From a virus, in the IMG/VR virus record IMGVR_UViG_3300020170_000003, positions 2,267 to 66,266 of that record: a DNA stretch of 64,000 bases; one strand, 5' to 3'. The notes beneath the pieces were generated by a model. The model saw only the letters and a list, made by a program, of their open reading frames with translations. It was not told where the DNA came from and ran no database searches. The position numbers and the translations under genes were made by a program. Each line of letters starts with the position of its first letter. The stretch's first letter is position 1. This document shows, piece by piece, positions 60,364 to 64,000 of this stretch.

Positions 60364-61679
60364 GTATATTAATTAATACTGTTCCTCTGATATCCCTCAC
60401 GCAACATAATTGTTCTAACTCGCCAAGCTACAATAAGGAAAACTTCCCCAAGCTATTTACAGGGCGAACATTCAAGGATTTATCTCTTACTCCCTACCCA
60501 GTCGATTCGAGTGTGATGGACGATAGCCTTAATCCCGCGTCTCCCATGAACATCTGTAAAGACTCACTTCGTAAGTTGATGCCGCCAAGCTGGAAAGGTA
60601 AGCTTGTAAAATTCTGGCAAGCATTCTTGTACGATGGAATCTCTCATCCCGCAATCGGTTATCTCAATAACGATCCATCGGTAATCGCACGACAAGTTGA
60701 AGATAGCAGGGGATTCGATGTAAACACGGTCGATTTGTATGGAGCAAACTTCAAAGGGGCGGGGAATGATTTTGTAATGGATGCGCTTGCGGCATCCTGC
60801 TCCAAGAATAGTCAAACATTCTACGCAACATTCGATCAGCAGTGCTTAACATCAGCGACGAACGGAATTCAAGCGAGTCAATATCAAGCTGCACTTATTT
60901 CCTACATTAACCATATAGTAGATAAATACTTTGGTCATCCAGCGTATGAGAAGTATCAGGGAAGGCCATTGCTGGCGTTCTGGGGCTTCGGTAGGACACT
61001 GAGAGGGGTTACCCTTGATTGGCAGAAGATCAAGAGCGCAATACGCGGTAATCCGTGGATAGTTCTATATCAGGCAGAAGCATTCTCGATTCCAGGTTCC
61101 GATGGTGGAATGAGCTGGTTGCCTACTGGTGCTACGGCAACTAATCCGTCAGGGTCAAACTATCTCAAAAGTTATATGCTTCCGGCAATGGCCGCGCATC
61201 CCGATAAAATCGCCATAGGATCGGCATGGGCGAAGTTCAACGGCACAAATACTTTCTCTAAGGCATGGTCGCAAGGTAAATACTTGGATGGCATGGGTGG
61301 AATGACGCTACTGGAAACGATGGCAATCAATGCGGCATTTTCATCTCTTCATAACCTTCCCTACCTACAACTGGTTTGGGACGATAATCAAGAGGGAGAT
61401 GCGCTGATAAATGGCGTACAAAATGATGTTGCTATAGCCGCTAAAGTGACCGGAACGCAATTGACTTGGACGGTAACAGGGCATGAGCAGACCATTTCAT
61501 CCTATGATATTTATGCTTCGGCCACTGAAGCAGATGTATATAAGCTTGGATCAATTGCTACCGATGATCCCAAAGTATTTGATTTAAAGAACTCTCTAGT
61601 GGACTTTGGTTCACAGAATTTCTATGTCTACGCAGTGGGACAGCCATGTATTCAAAACCATTTAATTAAGGCAGCCTGA
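60360..61679 (+). CDS. Glycoside-hydrolase-like protein (GH99/GH71-like) with C-terminal beta domain
   Basis: GY..NDP.VI.RQ.ED...VDLYG...PAY.KY.GRP.L..W...WDDNQEG; FN3-like tail. Confidence 0.5.
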   Translation: MSILINTVPLISLTQHNCSNSPSYNKENFPKLFTGRTFKDLSLTPYPVDSSVMDDSLNPASPMNICKDSLRKLMPPSWKGKLVKFWQAFLYDGISHPAIGYLNNDPSVIARQVEDSRGFDVNTVDLYGANFKGAGNDFVMDALAASCSKNSQTFYATFDQQCLTSATNGIQASQYQAALISYINHIVDKYFGHPAYEKYQGRPLLAFWGFGRTLRGVTLDWQKIKSAIRGNPWIVLYQAEAFSIPGSDGGMSWLPTGATATNPSGSNYLKSYMLPAMAAHPDKIAIGSAWAKFNGTNTFSKAWSQGKYLDGMGGMTLLETMAINAAFSSLHNLPYLQLVWDDNQEGDALINGVQNDVAIAAKVTGTQLTWTVTGHEQTISSYDIYASATEADVYKLGSIATDDPKVFDLKNSLVDFGSQNFYVYAVGQPCIQNHLIKAA

Positions 61680-61685
61680 GGTAAG

Positions 61686-62084
61686 ATGAGCGAAGAACTA
61701 GAACAACTGAAGGTATTATCCGCACAGCAGCCATCATTGCAAATGCTTCAGGGTGCGCTTGAATCCATAAGCGATCCTGTAATTATCGTGGATGTGTCTT
61801 TCATTTTGACCTACGTTAACGATCAAGCGGCATTTGTATTTGGCTATCGCCAGCATGATTTAATTGGACAGCACATCAACATCCTGATTCCAGATGCGTT
61901 AAAAGAAGTGCATGTCCAACACTTAGCGGAATTCCGTAACCATCCCCATGCGAGGGCCATGAAGGGTGGGACGGAATTGACGGCAAGAAGGAAAGATGGG
62001 TCAGACGTAAAATGCCGAGTTCAAATTACCCCGTACTCGACTGACTTTGATAGCTATGTTTGCGCACAGATTAGGGTTTTGTGA
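61686..62084 (+). CDS. Stand-alone PAS domain protein
   Basis: LESISDPVIIVD...YVND.A..VFGY...DLIGQ.INILIP...H...G.ELTARRKDGS is a canonical PAS S-box pattern. Confidence 0.85.
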   Translation: MSEELEQLKVLSAQQPSLQMLQGALESISDPVIIVDVSFILTYVNDQAAFVFGYRQHDLIGQHINILIPDALKEVHVQHLAEFRNHPHARAMKGGTELTARRKDGSDVKCRVQITPYSTDFDSYVCAQIRVL

Positions 62085-62085
62085 A

Positions 62086-62313
62086 ATGGCATCTCAAAAA
62101 GACTTTCAGGAAAGTGTGATTGCCAATTTCACCAAACTGGAGCAATCCGTCTTGGCAGTTAACTTAAAGATCGATACGCTCAATAATCAGGACATTACCA
62201 ACCTGAAGCTAGCTATGGTAAGGCTGGAGACGCAGGTTAAAATCTATGCGGCGCTAGCTGGATTCATTGGTATGGCAATCGGCGGGGCATTAGTAAAGTT
62301 TGTTGTGCATTAA
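62086..62313 (+). CDS. XhlA/holin-like protein (coiled coil plus C-terminal TM)
   Basis: LKLAMVRLETQVK then YAALAGFIGMAIGGALV. Confidence 0.5.
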   Translation: MASQKDFQESVIANFTKLEQSVLAVNLKIDTLNNQDITNLKLAMVRLETQVKIYAALAGFIGMAIGGALVKFVVH

Positions 62314-62314
62314 A

Positions 62315-62530
62315 ATGAGCTATAAGAAATTAACAGCCATGCTTTCCGGTGCAGCCATGAGTTCCCTAGGGTTGCTTAGTCTAGCTGGATATTGCTTTCA
62401 TAATGTCGGAATGTATACATGGGGAGGAACTGGCAGACCGGGTATGGGATTAAATACTGCTCTCGGTTTCTTCTTAGGTGGGCTGGCAATAACCCTGTTG
62501 TCTCTTGAAAAAGTCTTACCGCAAGACTGA
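62315..62530 (+). CDS. Two-TM protein resembling the membrane input segment of sensor kinases
   Basis: LGLLSLAGY...MGLNTALGFFLGGLAITLL matches the G.L.L.GW...M..NTA..F.L.G.AL pattern. Confidence 0.5.
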   Translation: MSYKKLTAMLSGAAMSSLGLLSLAGYCFHNVGMYTWGGTGRPGMGLNTALGFFLGGLAITLLSLEKVLPQD

Positions 62531-62552
62531 AATATTTTGTATACTTGAATAT

Positions 62553-62996
62553 ATGCCAAGAGAACTAACTCTCCCTTCACCTGATGGACATACCTACCTA
62601 ATCGGAACGCTCGATGCCATGCAGCAATGGTCTATTGCCAAAAGATTCCTAAGCCAAGTACGCAAGGAACGCGATGCATGGGAATTTACATACGAGAGAA
62701 ACACTGGAAGAAAACCGGAAGAGGACAGCTACCGTGAGCCATCGCTTAACTTTATTCTCAGCGCAATGTCGGACGAGGATAGTAAACAGGTAATTGCCGT
62801 GGCATTGACAGCCGTACAGCGCAAGCACGATCAAGGCGGATATGCTCAAATAATTACTCCCGGAACCAACCGGCTGCAATTTTCCGACATGAAAATGGAA
62901 GCGTTAATTGCCCTGACGTTTGCGGTGATGAGGGACAACATCGACAGTTTTTTTACTACAGGGCAACCCGATTCGACAGCACCCAATCCGGCGTAG
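62553..62996 (+). CDS. Tail assembly chaperone
   Basis: Y.IG.LDAMQQ..IA.R...LS.MSDED...V...L..V pattern; position before TMP. Confidence 0.75.
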   Translation: MPRELTLPSPDGHTYLIGTLDAMQQWSIAKRFLSQVRKERDAWEFTYERNTGRKPEEDSYREPSLNFILSAMSDEDSKQVIAVALTAVQRKHDQGGYAQIITPGTNRLQFSDMKMEALIALTFAVMRDNIDSFFTTGQPDSTAPNPA

Positions 62997-63184
62997 ATGT
63001 TGCTCTAGTAAAGATGGATAGCGAAGAAGACTGGCTATTATCTTTAGTAAAAGAGGGGATGGTAAGATATAGCGATCTCAATGATGGAACGGTATCGCTT
63101 GCTGACTGTGCCAAGATGAGTGATTACCTAAATGTACTAGGCGAGAATAAGGCAAGGATTAACAAATCGCTGGAGAGAAAATGA
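62948..63184 (+). CDS. -1 frameshift extension of the tail assembly chaperone
   Basis: Slippery T-TTT-TTT at 62948-62954; -1 frame open to TGA 63182 (EEDWLL.LV..G...Y.DL.DGT.SLAD...M.DYL). Confidence 0.7.
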   Translation, partial: FFYYRATRFDSTQSGVDVALVKMDSEEDWLLSLVKEGMVRYSDLNDGTVSLADCAKMSDYLNVLGENKARINKSLERK

Positions 63185-63465
63185 AAGCAATGAAATTCCA
63201 TGGAATACAGGTAGAAATAGCCGATGATGTACCTTCTGGATTAGATAACCAGTTAATAATGGCTGCCTTGCAGTTTCATGCCTGTGAGATATGGGAACTA
63301 GCCAAAGAAATAGAAGCCAAGGGTTTTGATCCTAATAATTCAGAAGTTTCGCCAGCGGAAACCTACCATGCTGTATTTATAAAACATGAAGAAGAATGGA
63401 CTATTCGTACAGACTACAAAGGTAATATACTGCAAACAATAGTTTCTTCCTCTATACAGGTATAG
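63181..63465 (+). CDS. Hypothetical moron
   Basis: ATGA overlap with upstream stop. Confidence 0.45.
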   Translation: MKAMKFHGIQVEIADDVPSGLDNQLIMAALQFHACEIWELAKEIEAKGFDPNNSEVSPAETYHAVFIKHEEEWTIRTDYKGNILQTIVSSSIQV

Positions 63466-63474
63466 AATCCAAAA

Positions 63475-64000
63475 ATGGCCGACGATATCCTAAAATCGTA
63501 TCTAGTAGCCATCGGCTTTAAGCTGGACGAGCAAGACTATAAGAAGTTCAAAGATTCCCAACTAGATACAGAAAAAAGAACCAAGGATTTAAGTAAGGCA
63601 TTCTCTGATTTTGCCAAAGTAGGAATAGGGGCATCTGTAGCTCTAGGTGGAATGGTAATCAAGGTTTCCAATGATCTTGAGAAGCTGCACTTTCAGGCAC
63701 AAAAATCAGGCACATCGGCGCAAAATCTAAAAGCCTTCGGGGATGCTGCTGCCCAAATCGGCATTCAAGCTGAAGATGCTATGGGCATTGTCCAGCAGTT
63801 CAATAACAAGATCAAAGATAACCCAATAGGCATGGGCGCACTGCTGAGAAATTTAGGAGTAGATGCGAATCAAGACAAAGTAAAAGTCCTGATGGATTTG
63901 GTCGATAGCTTGTCCAAAATATCCGGCCCAAATGCGGAAACGCAACGCGTAGCCTATGGCGCACAATTCGGATTAAGTGGTGAGGACATTCGTACCCTGA
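63475..64000 (+). CDS. Tape measure protein, N-terminal part (runs off the window)
   Basis: MADDILKSYLVAIGFKLDE...LEKLHFQAQKSGTSAQNLKAFG; open to the window end. Confidence 0.85.
   Translation, partial: MADDILKSYLVAIGFKLDEQDYKKFKDSQLDTEKRTKDLSKAFSDFAKVGIGASVALGGMVIKVSNDLEKLHFQAQKSGTSAQNLKAFGDAAAQIGIQAEDAMGIVQQFNNKIKDNPIGMGALLRNLGVDANQDKVKVLMDLVDSLSKISGPNAETQRVAYGAQFGLSGEDIRTL

Larger units (their letters stand above)
4284..62528. repeat. Dispersed 17-bp dyad family AGTCTYRC-N-GYRAGACT (about 31 copies)
   Basis: Starts: 4284, 5895, 7628, 10574, 12530, 13745, 20792, 21948, 22331, 25144, 26866, 27085, 28657, 29857, 32333, 35514, 36371, 36975, 37939, 40424, 41002, 43420, 44878, 46251, 49368, 51636, 52757, 57136, 57831, 59995, 62512 (found by eye, 0-2 mismatches); perfect dyad AGTCTTACTGTAAGACT at 49368 and 59995. 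Confidence 0.95.

Noticed and set aside
4284-62528. 17-bp repeats as a CRISPR array
   Set aside because: Copies are dispersed at irregular kb-scale distances, with no spacer periodicity and no cas operon
4284-62528. 17-bp repeats as intrinsic terminators or conserved RNA hairpins
   Set aside because: No consistent U-tract, weak AU-rich stem, and variants create C-A, C-U and A-G mismatches without compensation
4284-62528. 17-bp repeats as canonical parS, dif or a known LexA box
   Set aside because: They do not match TGTTTCACGTGAAACA, dif, or the LexA boxes I know; spacing differs from TTAC-N3-GTAA
1-64000. tRNA, tmRNA or rRNA genes
   Set aside because: No cloverleaf with T-loop GTTCRA and acceptor stem was seen by eye; tRNAscan/ARAGORN would confirm

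Overview
The window is almost entirely one tailed-phage genome with a contractile tail (myovirus type), and nearly all genes are on the + strand. It appears circularly permuted. It opens in the baseplate/tail-fibre module (1-11.8 kb), followed by a GH73 endolysin (12.6 kb) and a long early region (13.2-37.9 kb). The early region holds small mosaic ORFs, recombination genes, a lambda-O-like initiator, DnaB, RusA, an XRE HTH regulator and an IS1595/DUF3440 scar. Then come terminase, portal, MuF, protease, capsid, neck, a 1826-aa fibre, sheath, tube, chaperones and the start of the tape measure (38-64 kb). I saw no integrase, tRNA, rRNA or CRISPR array. Main observations: (1) a 17-bp dyad AGTCTYRC-N-GYRAGACT in about 31 copies genome-wide, mostly on gene junctions and promoters; (2) a second operator, GTTA-N6-TAAC, inside about 12 sigma70-like promoters; (3) three virion-operon proteins with Sec signal peptides and paired cysteines; (4) a stand-alone PAS domain next to a holin-like gene and a sensor-kinase membrane fragment; (5) an acyl-carrier-protein mimic lacking the phosphopantetheine serine; (6) a leader RNA with two complementary 6-nt loops ahead of the replication initiator. 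Family names come from motif recognition and gene order, not database searches. An Acidobacteriota host is only a weak inference.
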